Below are positions 1 to 9,386 of a stretch of DNA of 63,429 nt, one piece after another (position 1 is the stretch's first letter; each line of letters opens with the position of its first letter). The position numbers and the translations under genes are program-made. This stretch comes from a virus (taxonomy: Duplodnaviria > Caudoviricetes), in IMG/VR virus record IMGVR_UViG_3300046804_004277, positions 1 through 63,429 of that record; one strand, written 5' to 3'. The notes beneath the pieces are model-generated. The model did no database searches, had not been told where the DNA came from, and worked only from the letters and a program-made list of their open reading frames with translations.

Positions 1-378
1 CGTTTTACCGTTACCCGACAGACCCGTAACGAACGTAGGGTAAAAGATACGGGACTGAATAATTTTTTTAATATCGTTAAAGTTACCAAACTTGACGAAG
101 GTATCATCTTTATCAGGAATAAGGTTTTGTTCAGCAGCAGGAAGAACAGCAGGAGCACTAAAAGAACGCTCAATCTCTTCTACACGCTCCTGAGTCACTT
201 CCAGATTCCAGCGACCACGAGAAGTCTTGAACTTCTCCAAACGACGGGTCACGGTTTGATAGTTCAGACTACGAGAGGCACAGAAACCCCTGATGTCGCC
301 AGCAGAAAGTTCAGAACCAAACAGAGATTGGAGTTCAGAAATCAGTTGGTCGTCAGTCACAGAAGATTTGCGGGGCAT
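1..378 (-). CDS. cobS: CobS-like AAA+ ATPase (5' part; runs off the window's left end)
   Basis: Manual translation from ATG at 378: MPRKSSVTDDQLISELQSLFG...FYPTFVTGLSGNGKT. Walker A motif GLSGNGKT typical of T4-like cyanophage CobS; near a CobT-like gene. Confidence 0.85.
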   Translation of the reverse strand, partial: MPRKSSVTDDQLISELQSLFGSELSAGDIRGFCASRSLNYQTVTRRLEKFKTSRGRWNLEVTQERVEEIERSFSAPAVLPAAEQNLIPDKDDTFVKFGNFNDIKKIIQSRIFYPTFVTGLSGNGKT

Positions 379-411
379 AATGTAGTTAGGTGGTTTTGTT
401 TAACTGAAGTT

Positions 412-471
412 ATTATAACAGCAAAAAGGGGGTCGTGGGACCCCCTGTGTGACGGTTTGGAAAGTGGTTCA
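412..471 (-). promoter_or_regulatory. Early-type promoter module: dyad (448-471), GC hairpin/U-tract, TG-n-TATAAT -10 (412-417)
   Basis: + strand TGTGACGG-tttggaaa-GTGGTTCA; hairpin agggggtc/gaccccct; -10 lies 30 nt from the dyad. Confidence 0.7.
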
Positions 472-753
472 GTCAAGTTCTCCTAGTGCCTTTGCTTTAC
501 GAACTTTATTTGGTCTCAATTTGCCACCAGGATAATTTCTTTCGTCATTACCCTCAAAATCAGGATCTACGTTTGCACGATGTCTTGCTGCTCTCTCAGG
601 AGATGCCTTATCTGCGTGAATACCTGCTCTGCGAGTAGGAGAAGTTTTTTCTGCTGCTCTCTTTTCTTTTTGCTTCTGACGACTTCTTTGTTGTTTGAAG
701 TCTTTCATCGTCATACCTTCGGCAATGACCATAAACTCTTGAAATGTTTTCAT
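469..753 (-). CDS. Basic protein with capsid-targeting-like N-terminus (putative internal head protein)
   Basis: MKTFQEFMVIAE resembles the T4 IPIII targeting peptide MKTYQEFIAE; K/R-rich remainder; late box ATAAATA at 772-778. Confidence 0.65.
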   Translation of the reverse strand: MKTFQEFMVIAEGMTMKDFKQQRSRQKQKEKRAAEKTSPTRRAGIHADKASPERAARHRANVDPDFEGNDERNYPGGKLRPNKVRKAKALGELD

Positions 754-774
754 CTTTACAGACTTTTTAAATAT

Positions 775-963
775 TTATGATTTTGCCAACTGGTTCCGAA
801 GTGTCTCAAGATATTCCTTGCTACCACAATGACCTTTATATCCAGGATAATACTTTTCAACAAGTGCAGGAATACCCATAGCAGTAATACTACTAGTACA
901 TTTAATCCACACTTCTTTTGTATCGTATTTAACTACGTGTTCAAATGGAAATTTAGTCTTCAT
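775..963 (-). CDS. Hypothetical protein (probable start MKTKFPFEH at 963)
   Basis: ORF track 775..1002; the internal ATG at 963 minimises overlap with the upstream gene. Confidence 0.6.
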   Translation of the reverse strand: MKTKFPFEHVVKYDTKEVWIKCTSSITAMGIPALVEKYYPGYKGHCGSKEYLETLRNQLAKS

Positions 964-2107
964 AAGTAAATGTTTTGTTCTTGACTTTTGTATCAAACTC
1001 ACCAGTTCTTCCTGGTTTCATTTTTCCGACTCCAACATTTTTGCCCTTACCAGGCCAAGATGTTTTTGAAGTTCCTTTAAGTGTAGCAGAACCACCAGGT
1101 TTTCTTTGAATTAATACAGAATCTTGGTCATCTCTAGAAGAACCTTTGGGAGCATTACGCTTATGCTTCAATCCACCTTCAGTTCCAAGTTTCTCAATTG
1201 TTTTTTTAAACCTTCTCTTACCCATTTTACCAGAAGAAACTACGTGAGATTTTTCTCCCACTTTTGTCTCTTCTGGAGTTCCTGGATTTTCAGTATAACG
1301 TCCAAATACTTTAGTAGGTCCTGGAAGACGAGCACCTCTAATTCTTCTTTCAGTTCTTGCTGACCTTTCTTGATTTTCTTTTTTAGACTTATCCCCCCTT
1401 TGACCTGACATAATTGCCATTCCACCTTTTTGGGACTTGCTCATTACACGAGTAAGAGAAGTTTCTTGAATAGAATAACATTCTACCATAAATTGTTCAA
1501 AAGTTTTACCTTCTTTAAGTTTAGCCATTTGGACTCCTGTTTTTGGATTTCTTTCACTCATACCAAGTTTTTGATAGATTCTTCCTCTTTGCTCTGCACC
1601 TTCTTCATCACTTCTTTTTCTTTTTTTACCAGAAGAAGAAATTGCGGTAGGAGTATTAGTAGCAACACCTTTACGCTCTTTCATTTTATCTTTAACATTC
1701 TTAAGAGTTGATACAAAAGCACGTGCCTTTTGTCCAGGTTCCTTAATATTTTTCTTTGGAGAACCTACAGTAATATCGTGGACCTCACTATCTTTTTTTG
1801 CACCAGTCTGATGAAACTGTCTTTTTAGTTCTTTAGTGTTTGTTTTTTCACCTTCTCTATGTGCCTTTCTAGCAGTATGAGCAGCATAATCTCCAGGAGA
1901 CTTATGAGTTCTTACCCATACAGGGACATCGCTCCCACTTTTTTCTACTTTAGGTTCTTGAACTGGACCCCTCTTACGAAAACCAGCGTGAGCAACAGAT
2001 TTTCTTGCTGCACCTTCAGCACCAGGAATGGGCATTGTGCCCGATTTCCTAGATGCCTTTTTCTGCATTAACGTTCTTTCGTCAAGGAGTTCTTCCTGAA
2101 ACTGCAT
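953..2107 (-). CDS. Lys-rich two-module protein, putative processed internal head protein
   Basis: Probable start MQFQEELLDE downstream of late box ATAAATA (2129-2135); internal KTFEQFMVECYSIQE separates two basic modules. Confidence 0.7.
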   Translation of the reverse strand: MQFQEELLDERTLMQKKASRKSGTMPIPGAEGAARKSVAHAGFRKRGPVQEPKVEKSGSDVPVWVRTHKSPGDYAAHTARKAHREGEKTNTKELKRQFHQTGAKKDSEVHDITVGSPKKNIKEPGQKARAFVSTLKNVKDKMKERKGVATNTPTAISSSGKKRKRSDEEGAEQRGRIYQKLGMSERNPKTGVQMAKLKEGKTFEQFMVECYSIQETSLTRVMSKSQKGGMAIMSGQRGDKSKKENQERSARTERRIRGARLPGPTKVFGRYTENPGTPEETKVGEKSHVVSSGKMGKRRFKKTIEKLGTEGGLKHKRNAPKGSSRDDQDSVLIQRKPGGSATLKGTSKTSWPGKGKNVGVGKMKPGRTGEFDTKVKNKTFTYED

Positions 2108-2134
2108 TTTTATAAGCACTCTTTTGAGTATTTA

Positions 2135-4279
2135 TCAGGAAACAAGTTCCACAAACTCTCCAAGAATACGCTTGTTCATTTTCTTGGACTTCAGACTCTT
2201 CACAAAGGCAGATTTGATTTGGGATTTAGTAGCACATTCAGCAACATCAAACTCAGAATCTTGAGAAAGGGCAGTTGCAGAAAGTCCAAAGTAAGAATGA
2301 TAACCAGACTTTTTGATGGTGAATGCTTTTTCTTTTTTCCAAGAACTCATCACCTTGTCGTGTTCTGGACCATAAAATCCACAATAACGACGAATAAAGT
2401 TTCCAGCATCACGAGACTCAAGAACACGAATACCGATAAAGTTAATATCAGCAAACTTGTCCCGCAGATTACGAAGAAAAACATCGGTGATTTGATACCA
2501 TTCACAATCAAGAGAATAGGTACTTCCAGTTTTACGGTCACGCAAAAATGTCCCAAATCCAATCGTAGCAGTTCCCAAGAAGGGATTTTCTTCCCAGTGA
2601 CGCTTCACTTCGCGGTGATACTTAATACCACACGCTTCACCATCAGTCAGAATTACACACTGAACTTTCTGAAGTTTATTCTCTTTCTGAAACTTAGGCA
2701 GAATCTGATGAAGAGAAATCAGTGCCTCATTCAGAGGAGTGCCAGAAAGAGAAAGACCCAGAGGAATAGGATATGAAGAATAGCAATTACGACTAAAGGC
2801 AGTAGCAAGACGAAAAATATTCTTCATCTGGTCTTCCAGAGTTTTACCATTGACTTGACTGGTAAGGAGATTCATCATCGAGAACCACTCACCAACTTGA
2901 ATCAGACCAGGTTGCTTTTTATAAGCAAGTTCACGGAGATTTGCGTTATTGTTCTCATCATAAGAAACCAAAGGATAATCAGTCGTGAAAGCATACACCT
3001 CAAACGGAATCGCAACTTTCTTACAGAACCAGACAAGATTGAAGAGTTGCTTGACCGTATCCAGCATCACATCACACATCGAACCAGACCAGTCCAAAAC
3101 AAACACCAGACCGTGATTCTTACCGTTGGCAAGAGTGGTGACTTTCTTGAACAGGTCTTCGTTGTATTTGTAGGTATGAAGTTTGGTGCAATCCAGAATA
3201 CCAGTACGGGCAGTGGTGGCACGAGCATAGGAATCTGCTGCTTTACGACACTCAAACTCTTTGACCAGATAATTGACTTCCTTCTGAGCAGAACGCTTAA
3301 ACTCTACAAACTGACTATCAACTTCACCAAAAAGATATTCATAAGTATATCCAGTATTTTCCAAAAAAGCATCCCAAGATTCTTTACAATTAGAGTGAAT
3401 ATCAGCATTCGGAACAATCACTTTTTTCAGGTCAAGTTTAGGCAGTTCCAGATAAACATTTTCAGGACCACTATTATTGACGAGTTCTTTCAGTGCCTCT
3501 TCAAGAGACTCCATCGTTTTGACTTCAGGTTCTTCATTCTTCTCACCACCCCGTTCTTGAGTGGTTTCACTCATTTCTTGAGTGGTTTGATTAGATGCAG
3601 AACCTTCGGCACCATCAGTTTCAGGTTGGTCATTTTCACCTTCCTGCTGGTCGGTAAAATCAGAAGCAGGAGAATTGCCTCCAGACTGCTGACTTTCGTG
3701 AGAATCTAGATTAACTTTAGTTTCTTCCTGCTGCTTTTGTTTGCAATACTTATAAAGGATTTCAGCAGCATCCAGTGTTTCATCAAAAGTTTCTGCATCA
3801 CCAATCTGCTTGATAATATTCTGCTCCTCTACCGTAAAATCAAGAGACAGAAAATTACCAACTTTAAAATAAAGGTTGGCGCGGTCAGCAAGATTAAGAG
3901 TAGAAATATCTTCATTCTCCAACTGAAAGAAGTCCTCATCACTCAACTCCTCATATCCTTTATAGAAGGTTTTAGCAAGACCAGCATATTTACGCTTCAT
4001 CAACTTCTCAACACGAGCATCTTCACATACATTCACAAATTGAGGAGGAATTTTGCGTTCTTGAATCCAATCCTCATCGGGGGTGAAAAGTGCGTGACCA
4101 ACCTCGTGACCCACCAGAAGGTCATAGACAGTGTTGCTTGCCTTCTCCCACATCGGCAGAGTCAGCACACGGGTATGAACATTAAAGCAGGCAGTCTCTA
4201 CTTTCTTGTGCTCAACCACAAGGTCTTCGGTGGCAAGAAGCTTTGCGAGTTGAGACTTGATTTCGTGATTGACGGTCAT
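2135..4279 (-). CDS. CobT-like protein: N-terminal HExxH metallopeptidase-like domain, acidic linker, vWA domain
   Basis: GHEVGH motif; VLDWSGS MIDAS motif; LSGTPLNE and ILTDGE vWA motifs; near cobS. Confidence 0.85.
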   Translation of the reverse strand: MTVNHEIKSQLAKLLATEDLVVEHKKVETACFNVHTRVLTLPMWEKASNTVYDLLVGHEVGHALFTPDEDWIQERKIPPQFVNVCEDARVEKLMKRKYAGLAKTFYKGYEELSDEDFFQLENEDISTLNLADRANLYFKVGNFLSLDFTVEEQNIIKQIGDAETFDETLDAAEILYKYCKQKQQEETKVNLDSHESQQSGGNSPASDFTDQQEGENDQPETDGAEGSASNQTTQEMSETTQERGGEKNEEPEVKTMESLEEALKELVNNSGPENVYLELPKLDLKKVIVPNADIHSNCKESWDAFLENTGYTYEYLFGEVDSQFVEFKRSAQKEVNYLVKEFECRKAADSYARATTARTGILDCTKLHTYKYNEDLFKKVTTLANGKNHGLVFVLDWSGSMCDVMLDTVKQLFNLVWFCKKVAIPFEVYAFTTDYPLVSYDENNNANLRELAYKKQPGLIQVGEWFSMMNLLTSQVNGKTLEDQMKNIFRLATAFSRNCYSSYPIPLGLSLSGTPLNEALISLHQILPKFQKENKLQKVQCVILTDGEACGIKYHREVKRHWEENPFLGTATIGFGTFLRDRKTGSTYSLDCEWYQITDVFLRNLRDKFADINFIGIRVLESRDAGNFIRRYCGFYGPEHDKVMSSWKKEKAFTIKKSGYHSYFGLSATALSQDSEFDVAECATKSQIKSAFVKSLKSKKMNKRILGEFVELVS

Positions 4280-4300
4280 TAGTGGTTTTCAGTTGACCCT

Positions 4301-4359
4301 ATTATACAAAAAAAGAGGGTGGTAAGACCCTCTTGTGTGCCAGTTTGAAAAGTGGTTTG
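4301..4359 (-). promoter_or_regulatory. Early-type promoter module (dyad 4336-4359, hairpin 4313-4334 with U-tract, TATAAT 4301-4306)
   Basis: TGTGCCAG-tttgaaaa-GTGGTTTG; aagagggt/accctctt stem; 29-nt spacing to the -10. Confidence 0.75.
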
Positions 4360-4941
4360 TTATGGTTTGGGTGGCATAGAAGTAAGAGCTCTCTTTCCAC
4401 GACCAAAGATTTTTGCGTGTGCTGCTCTTTCTGCGTGTTGTCCTGCTGCTGCTCCGTGCTTCTTTACAATACGTGCTTTTGTTTTTTCTGCCTTATCATA
4501 TGCATCAGTATCATCTGCTTCAAAAGCATCGGTTGCTCTTGCTGCAAATGCTCGTGTAGCAGTCTTTTGTGAGATTTCATCAAGTTGCTCAATTTCTTCA
4601 ACAATACTCTCTCTCCATTCTTCACTCATATTCGCCATAATAGCGATTGCTGCCTCATTTGTATCAGCATAACCTTCGGCAACTAGGTGCTCAAGGATGT
4701 AGTCAAAGAGGTCGGTTTGTACTTCCTCTTTTTTCATCATCTTCTTATGAACCTGATACTGCCTTTCACCTCTTTCAGATTCTCTCTCTGCCCTACCTCC
4801 CTGATCCTCATATCCAATATATTCGGATTTTTTCATTAAAGAGTTATTAACTTTTTTTGCTGGATAAGGTTTCTTACCTTCTTCAAGTTCATAAACCTGG
4901 TTATATGCTTCTTGAAGATTGCGAAGTTCTTGTGCGTCCAT
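4360..4941 (-). CDS. Modular acidic/basic protein, putative internal head protein
   Basis: LQEAYNQVYELEE leader; acidic DLFDYILEHLVAEGYADTNEAAIAIMANMSEEW module; LDE followed by a basic Ala-rich module; late promoter TATAAATA at 4961-4968. Confidence 0.7.
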   Translation of the reverse strand: MDAQELRNLQEAYNQVYELEEGKKPYPAKKVNNSLMKKSEYIGYEDQGGRAERESERGERQYQVHKKMMKKEEVQTDLFDYILEHLVAEGYADTNEAAIAIMANMSEEWRESIVEEIEQLDEISQKTATRAFAARATDAFEADDTDAYDKAEKTKARIVKKHGAAAGQHAERAAHAKIFGRGKRALTSMPPKP

Positions 4942-4960
4942 TTTATGAATACTTTTTAGT

Positions 4961-5002
4961 TATTTATAAAAAAGAAGCGTCCCCGTGATGGAGACGCTTC
5001 TT
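4961..5002 (-). terminator. Rho-independent terminator running into a late promoter TATAAATA
   Basis: Minus strand AAGAAGCGTCTCCATCACGGGGACGCTTCTT-TTTT, then ATAAATA. Confidence 0.7.
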
Positions 5003-5101
5003 GAGTGCTTGGCGACGTGCCTTTGCTTGTCGGAGTGCTTGCGGTTTCAGTTTCCGCTTCTGCTCCTTCTTGGAGTGATGGTAGCGATTGGGAACTTGCA
5101 T
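4964..5101 (-). CDS. Small basic protein (45 aa), not in ORF track
   Basis: MQVPNRYHHSKKEQKRKLKPQALRQAKARRQALKKRLHHGDASFL; has its own promoter module upstream. Confidence 0.7.
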   Translation of the reverse strand: MQVPNRYHHSKKEQKRKLKPQALRQAKARRQALKKRLHHGDASFL

Positions 5102-5123
5102 TGTTCTGTTTGCTTATGATTCT

Positions 5124-5181
5124 ATTTTATATGAGAATCCTTCCCCGTGCGGAGGAGTGTGCCACTTTATTTATTGGCACT
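5124..5181 (-). promoter_or_regulatory. Early-type promoter module (dyad 5158-5181, -10 TAAAAT 5124-5129)
   Basis: TGTGCCAC-tttattta-TTGGCACT; imperfect GC stem; 28-nt spacing. Confidence 0.7.
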
Positions 5182-6895
5182 ATGATTCTGTTTTATAAGA
5201 GAATCCACCCTTCTTATCAAATTTGATGACATTATCAAACTTATCGTGTAAGTCAGACTTATGAGAAATCACAAAGATATTAGCATCCTTAATGACATAT
5301 CGAATGATTTTCAGAAACTCATCGGTTCCAAATCCATCAAGGGAACTATCAAATACCTCATCCATAATTAAAAGATTAGTATTGACAGAGTTCTTGAGTC
5401 GCGCAACTTCTCTCCAAGTGAATAGCAAACTCAAATCGACTCGCATTTTCTCACCCTCACTAAAAGAACTATAAGAGAAGTTCTCGTGAATAGGCGATTG
5501 AATAGACTCATTAAACTCTTCATCAAGATTAAAATTGATGTAGAAATCCATCATCTGAAGATAACGATTTACCTGCTGATTGATGAATGGAAGATACTTT
5601 TTAATAATCTTCGTTTTTACACCATCATCTTTAAGTAAGGAATAGGCAAAATCATAATAAACGATTTCTTCTTTTTTCTTTGAAAGGTCTTCAAATGTTT
5701 TCTGAAGATTTTCCCGAAACTCTTCTAACTTTTCATGCTCAGTATTTCGGTTTTCAAGTTGTTCGGTAATAGTTTGAATTTCAGATTCAAGGTCTCGGAT
5801 TTGTCTCTGATTGAGTGAAATCCGAGTATTGTTTTGAGAAATCTCATGGTTGAGTTTCGTAATCTCCTTAGATAGAACTGTGAATTGACGCTCTCTTTCT
5901 TCTTCAAGTTTTATAGTATCTTCAAGTTCGGCATAACCTTTTTGAAGTTCTTTTGCTTTATCTTGAGCGTCTGCAATTCTATCTAGGCGAAATCTTTCAT
6001 CAATTCCTTGAGTACAGGTAGGGCACACCGTATTTTCTGTGAAGAACTTATGCTCTTTGGTAAGGGTTGATACTTTTTGTGAGATTTTACCTTTCAGATT
6101 TCCAAGTTTTTTAAGTTTATCACCAGCACTATTGACTTCCTCAAGTTCTTTAGTAAATTTAAAAATATCCTCTTCTGTAAGAGAATTCTCACGCATATGA
6201 GATTCAACTTCGTTCAGTAATTCAGTTACTTTGATTTTACGATTTTCAATATTTTCTTTACCACGATTTTCCAACTCTTCGATAAAGTTTCTTTGCATCT
6301 TCTCTTTATCTTTTAGAGTTTCTTTGCGAACTTCTAAAGATTTAATCTGCTCTTTTTCTACACGAATCCTATCCTTAATCAGAGAGTTCATCGCAGAGAA
6401 AATACGAATATCTAGCAAGTCCTCAATCACCTCACGACGATGTGCCGTAGTCAATTGCATAAAAGGGACAAAGGTACTAGAACCCAGAATTACAATCTGA
6501 GTAAAAGATTTGTAATTTACCTTAAGAATATTTTCTTCTAAAATTCTTTGATTAGCACGATCATCTGCTTCTTTATGCAGAGCAACTCCATTTACTTCAA
6601 TATCAAAGACATTTGGTTTAATTCCACGACGAACAAGATATTCCTTATTATTAACAGAGAATTCAATTTCCACCAAACAATCCTTTTCGTTGGTGCTATT
6701 GGGAAGTTGCGGTTTATTGATTTTGCGGAATGGGCGATTAAACAGAACAAAAGTAAGTGCATCCAATACGGTGGATTTACCTGCACCATTTGTCCCAATA
6801 ATCAAATTGGTATTATGCTTTTCAAAATCAATTTCAGTGAACTGGTTTCCAGTACTTAAAAGATTTTTCCAACGGATTTTATGAAATTGAATCAT
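5180..6895 (-). CDS. g46: Recombination endonuclease ATPase subunit (Rad50/SbcC-like)
   Basis: GTNGAGKS Walker A; CPTC zinc hook; FSEGE signature; LIMDEVFD Walker B. Confidence 0.97.
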   Translation of the reverse strand: MIQFHKIRWKNLLSTGNQFTEIDFEKHNTNLIIGTNGAGKSTVLDALTFVLFNRPFRKINKPQLPNSTNEKDCLVEIEFSVNNKEYLVRRGIKPNVFDIEVNGVALHKEADDRANQRILEENILKVNYKSFTQIVILGSSTFVPFMQLTTAHRREVIEDLLDIRIFSAMNSLIKDRIRVEKEQIKSLEVRKETLKDKEKMQRNFIEELENRGKENIENRKIKVTELLNEVESHMRENSLTEEDIFKFTKELEEVNSAGDKLKKLGNLKGKISQKVSTLTKEHKFFTENTVCPTCTQGIDERFRLDRIADAQDKAKELQKGYAELEDTIKLEEERERQFTVLSKEITKLNHEISQNNTRISLNQRQIRDLESEIQTITEQLENRNTEHEKLEEFRENLQKTFEDLSKKKEEIVYYDFAYSLLKDDGVKTKIIKKYLPFINQQVNRYLQMMDFYINFNLDEEFNESIQSPIHENFSYSSFSEGEKMRVDLSLLFTWREVARLKNSVNTNLLIMDEVFDSSLDGFGTDEFLKIIRYVIKDANIFVISHKSDLHDKFDNVIKFDKKGGFSYKTES

Positions 6896-7148
6896 TTTTA
6901 GGGGGAATTACGATGTCGTCAGGAGTAATCACAGCATACTTGTAATTATAAACCTTACAAGTTTTTATGGCAAGCTCATCATCAACTTCGATGACTTCCA
7001 TTTCTTTTTCTTCTTGATCTTCAAGCATCAAAGCATAACGAGTAGCATCATCCTCTTCTTCAAATAAAAATAGAACTTTCTCACCATATTGGTCTTGGAC
7101 CGCATATGCACCATCTTCTTTTCTATCTTTAAGAGTGAGAAGAAACAT
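6879..7148 (-). CDS. Conserved acidic hypothetical protein between g47 and g46
   Basis: Probable start MFLLTLKD at 7148, coupled to the g47 stop; LFEEEDDATRYA motif. Confidence 0.75.
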   Translation of the reverse strand: MFLLTLKDRKEDGAYAVQDQYGEKVLFLFEEEDDATRYALMLEDQEEKEMEVIEVDDELAIKTCKVYNYKYAVITPDDIVIPPKNDSIS

Positions 7149-8185
7149 TATTCTACTTCGCAAGCTTGTTTATAAAGGTCTTGAAATATTCCTTTGATGA
7201 TATTTTTATCAAATCCAAATTCTGCTTCATCAATATAACGATTTAAAATTGAAATAGTATTCTCTTCCTCATCAACCTGAAACTCTTCATTTTCCTGAAT
7301 TTCAAAGTTTTCAATAATTTTGAGTTCTTGAATACCTGCAGTATAAAGTTTATCAATAAACTTTTCAAAATCTTTTGGTTTGGATTTTTTACGAACAATA
7401 ATTTTTACAATTTTATTTTCATACTCAGTGGCATCAAACATTTGATGCGCTGTATCCTCATAATAAATGTTATAGAATAATTTATAAGGATTGTTAATCG
7501 GAGTATGCTCTAGGGTTTCTGTATCAAAAATATGAAATCCACGAGGGTCATTTACATCATTCCAATACATTTCATAAGGATTACCAAGATAGAAGATGCG
7601 TCCATTATCAGAACGAGTGTGGTAATGACCAGAAAATACCTTTGTGAAGTTTGAAAAAATATTCGAATCCAGTCCATGCTCCTCCATAATCAGATTTCGA
7701 TTGACACGAAACCCTTGAAGTTCCAAGTGCCCAAATGCAACCTTTGCTTTTGACTTTTTGATTACATTCATCGTTTCTTCATAGTTCTCACTACAAATCC
7801 ATGGAATGAACGTCATATCAATTCCACCGACTTTTGTATTTGTTGGAGAACTATAAGTTTTAATGTTTGAATAAGTCTTGAGAAGAAGACTTGGAGAATT
7901 CACATGATTAGTATTCTTATAATAACAATCATGATTACCAACAATCATATGAACCTGATGGTCCCGCAAAGGTTCAAATACAACACGCTTCGCCCATTCC
8001 AAACTTTGATAGTCAATTGACTTCCGACTATCAAAAGCATCGCCCATATGAATGACTGCTTCTACCCCATGCTCTTTTAAGGCAGGGAAGAATACATTCT
8101 TATAGAAGAGTTCAAAGTGGTCATGAAGATGTTTAGAACCTTTGCGGGCACCAAAATGGCTGTCGGAAATTACGCCGATTTTCAC
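7148..8185 (-). CDS. g47: Recombination endonuclease nuclease subunit (Mre11/SbcD-like)
   Basis: Metallophosphoesterase motifs DSH, GDAFD, GNHD, GHYH; GTG start. Confidence 0.96.
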   Translation of the reverse strand: MKIGVISDSHFGARKGSKHLHDHFELFYKNVFFPALKEHGVEAVIHMGDAFDSRKSIDYQSLEWAKRVVFEPLRDHQVHMIVGNHDCYYKNTNHVNSPSLLLKTYSNIKTYSSPTNTKVGGIDMTFIPWICSENYEETMNVIKKSKAKVAFGHLELQGFRVNRNLIMEEHGLDSNIFSNFTKVFSGHYHTRSDNGRIFYLGNPYEMYWNDVNDPRGFHIFDTETLEHTPINNPYKLFYNIYYEDTAHQMFDATEYENKIVKIIVRKKSKPKDFEKFIDKLYTAGIQELKIIENFEIQENEEFQVDEEENTISILNRYIDEAEFGFDKNIIKGIFQDLYKQACEVE

Positions 8186-8742
8186 TTTTGTTGCCTCCTG
8201 CTATTTTCTTGGGCAGTTTTCATAAGATGCTCTTCGTGAGTAATAATTTGGAGATTATCTGGGTGGTGCAGTCCACCCTCAAATAAAGGAATCATATGGT
8301 CTACATCATACTGCACTCCAGTGGTAAAAGTCAAGTGCTGTGCCTCTTGATATATTTCTTGAATTTGCCGAAGTTGTTGTTCGGTGATTTCAATTGGAAT
8401 ACCTTGTTTCAATCTAGCATATCGTCTTCTTTGCCTCTCACAATTTACTGCCTTACCTCTTTCGGTTTTAGCATATTTTCTCTTTATTCCATTGACTCTT
8501 TCTTTATTATCTTCACAATATTTTTGTTTTTTCTCCTTTGTCCTATAAGGTTTCATCAACTCTTCATTATTCAATTTTTCCAATCCTTTCTTTTTAAGGC
8601 AAGGAGCACAACTTGAAGTAGAAACATATTTTTCATAACTACCACAATGTTTGCAGGCAGTAGAACCTTCATAAGTTTTCTTACCTTCTTCTATTGCCTG
8701 TAATCTATTCTGTCTTCCAACACCGCTATATTGATTAGGCAT
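8182..8742 (-). mobile_element. Free-standing HNH homing endonuclease
   Basis: DVDHMIPLFEGGLHHPDNLQ HNH core; N-terminal CxxC...CxxC; inserted between g55 and g47. Confidence 0.88.
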
Positions 8743-8745
8743 AAT

Positions 8746-8793
8746 GCTCCGTAATGCTATAACTATTTATAATTATTAAACATTACGGAGCAC
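8746..8793 (-). promoter_or_regulatory. 12-bp inverted repeat occluding the HNH RBS, with late promoter TATAAATA (8764-8771) in the loop
   Basis: TGCTCCGTAATG...CATTACGGAGCA, followed by TT-ATG on the minus strand. Confidence 0.8.
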
Positions 8794-8794
8794 T

Positions 8795-9274
8795 TCATCG
8801 GTTGTTATTTCTATATTGAATAGCATCTTTCATACTGTTGTATTCGCTATTGTTGCCAGAAAGCAAGCCGTCATCAATCGTCATAACCTCATCAAAACCA
8901 GTGCGTTCAATAATCTTGGTCTTGATTTCTAGTTGTTTTTTCTCTTTTTGAATTCTTCTCAGAAATGCGTAGTGAATAATCTGAGTAAAGTATGCAAAAG
9001 GATTTTGAGATTTCTCTGGATTGAAATTATGAATGTACTGCACACAATTTTCAATACCATCGGAAATCATGTCCTCACGGAACATGTAGTTGACAAAATT
9101 TGGTTTATAGGAAAGATGAGTCGCAATCTTCAGAAAACATTCACCCAAGTAATTGGTAATACGTGGTTTCGGTAAATCGTTTTCTTTTGCATGAGCAACC
9201 TTTGCACGATAAACAATAAGTGCTTCTAAAAGTTCTTTATTGTTTACATAATGTTCTGATTTTTTCTTTGGCAT
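8795..9274 (-). CDS. g55: Late-transcription sigma factor
   Basis: HYVNNKELL, HLSYKPNFVNY, DGIENC and NPFAYFTQI motifs. Confidence 0.97.
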   Translation of the reverse strand: MPKKKSEHYVNNKELLEALIVYRAKVAHAKENDLPKPRITNYLGECFLKIATHLSYKPNFVNYMFREDMISDGIENCVQYIHNFNPEKSQNPFAYFTQIIHYAFLRRIQKEKKQLEIKTKIIERTGFDEVMTIDDGLLSGNNSEYNSMKDAIQYRNNNR

Positions 9275-9308
9275 GAGACTTTCATTTTTCCTATAATAAG
9301 TTATGTTT

Positions 9309-9338
9309 ATTATACCACACTTTTGAAGGGCTTGACAA
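9309..9338 (-). promoter_or_regulatory. Sigma70-like promoter for g55 (TTGTCA-N18-TATAAT, TG extension)
   Basis: Minus strand TTGTCAagcccttcaaaagtgtggTATAAT. Confidence 0.65.
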
Positions 9339-9360
9339 GATATAAAAATATGTGTAGACT
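9332..9360 (+). promoter_or_regulatory. Divergent/antisense sigma70-like promoter (TTGACA-N17-TAGACT)
   Basis: TTGACA at 9332-9337, 17-nt spacer, TAGACT at 9355-9360; no plus-strand gene downstream. Confidence 0.5.
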
Positions 9361-9386
9361 AGGTTTGTCTCCGTTGAAGATGAGAA

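Noticed and set aside
2219-4282. Plus-strand ORFs 2219-2776, 2855-3709 and 3737-4282
   Set aside because: They are antisense shadows of the CobT-like gene.
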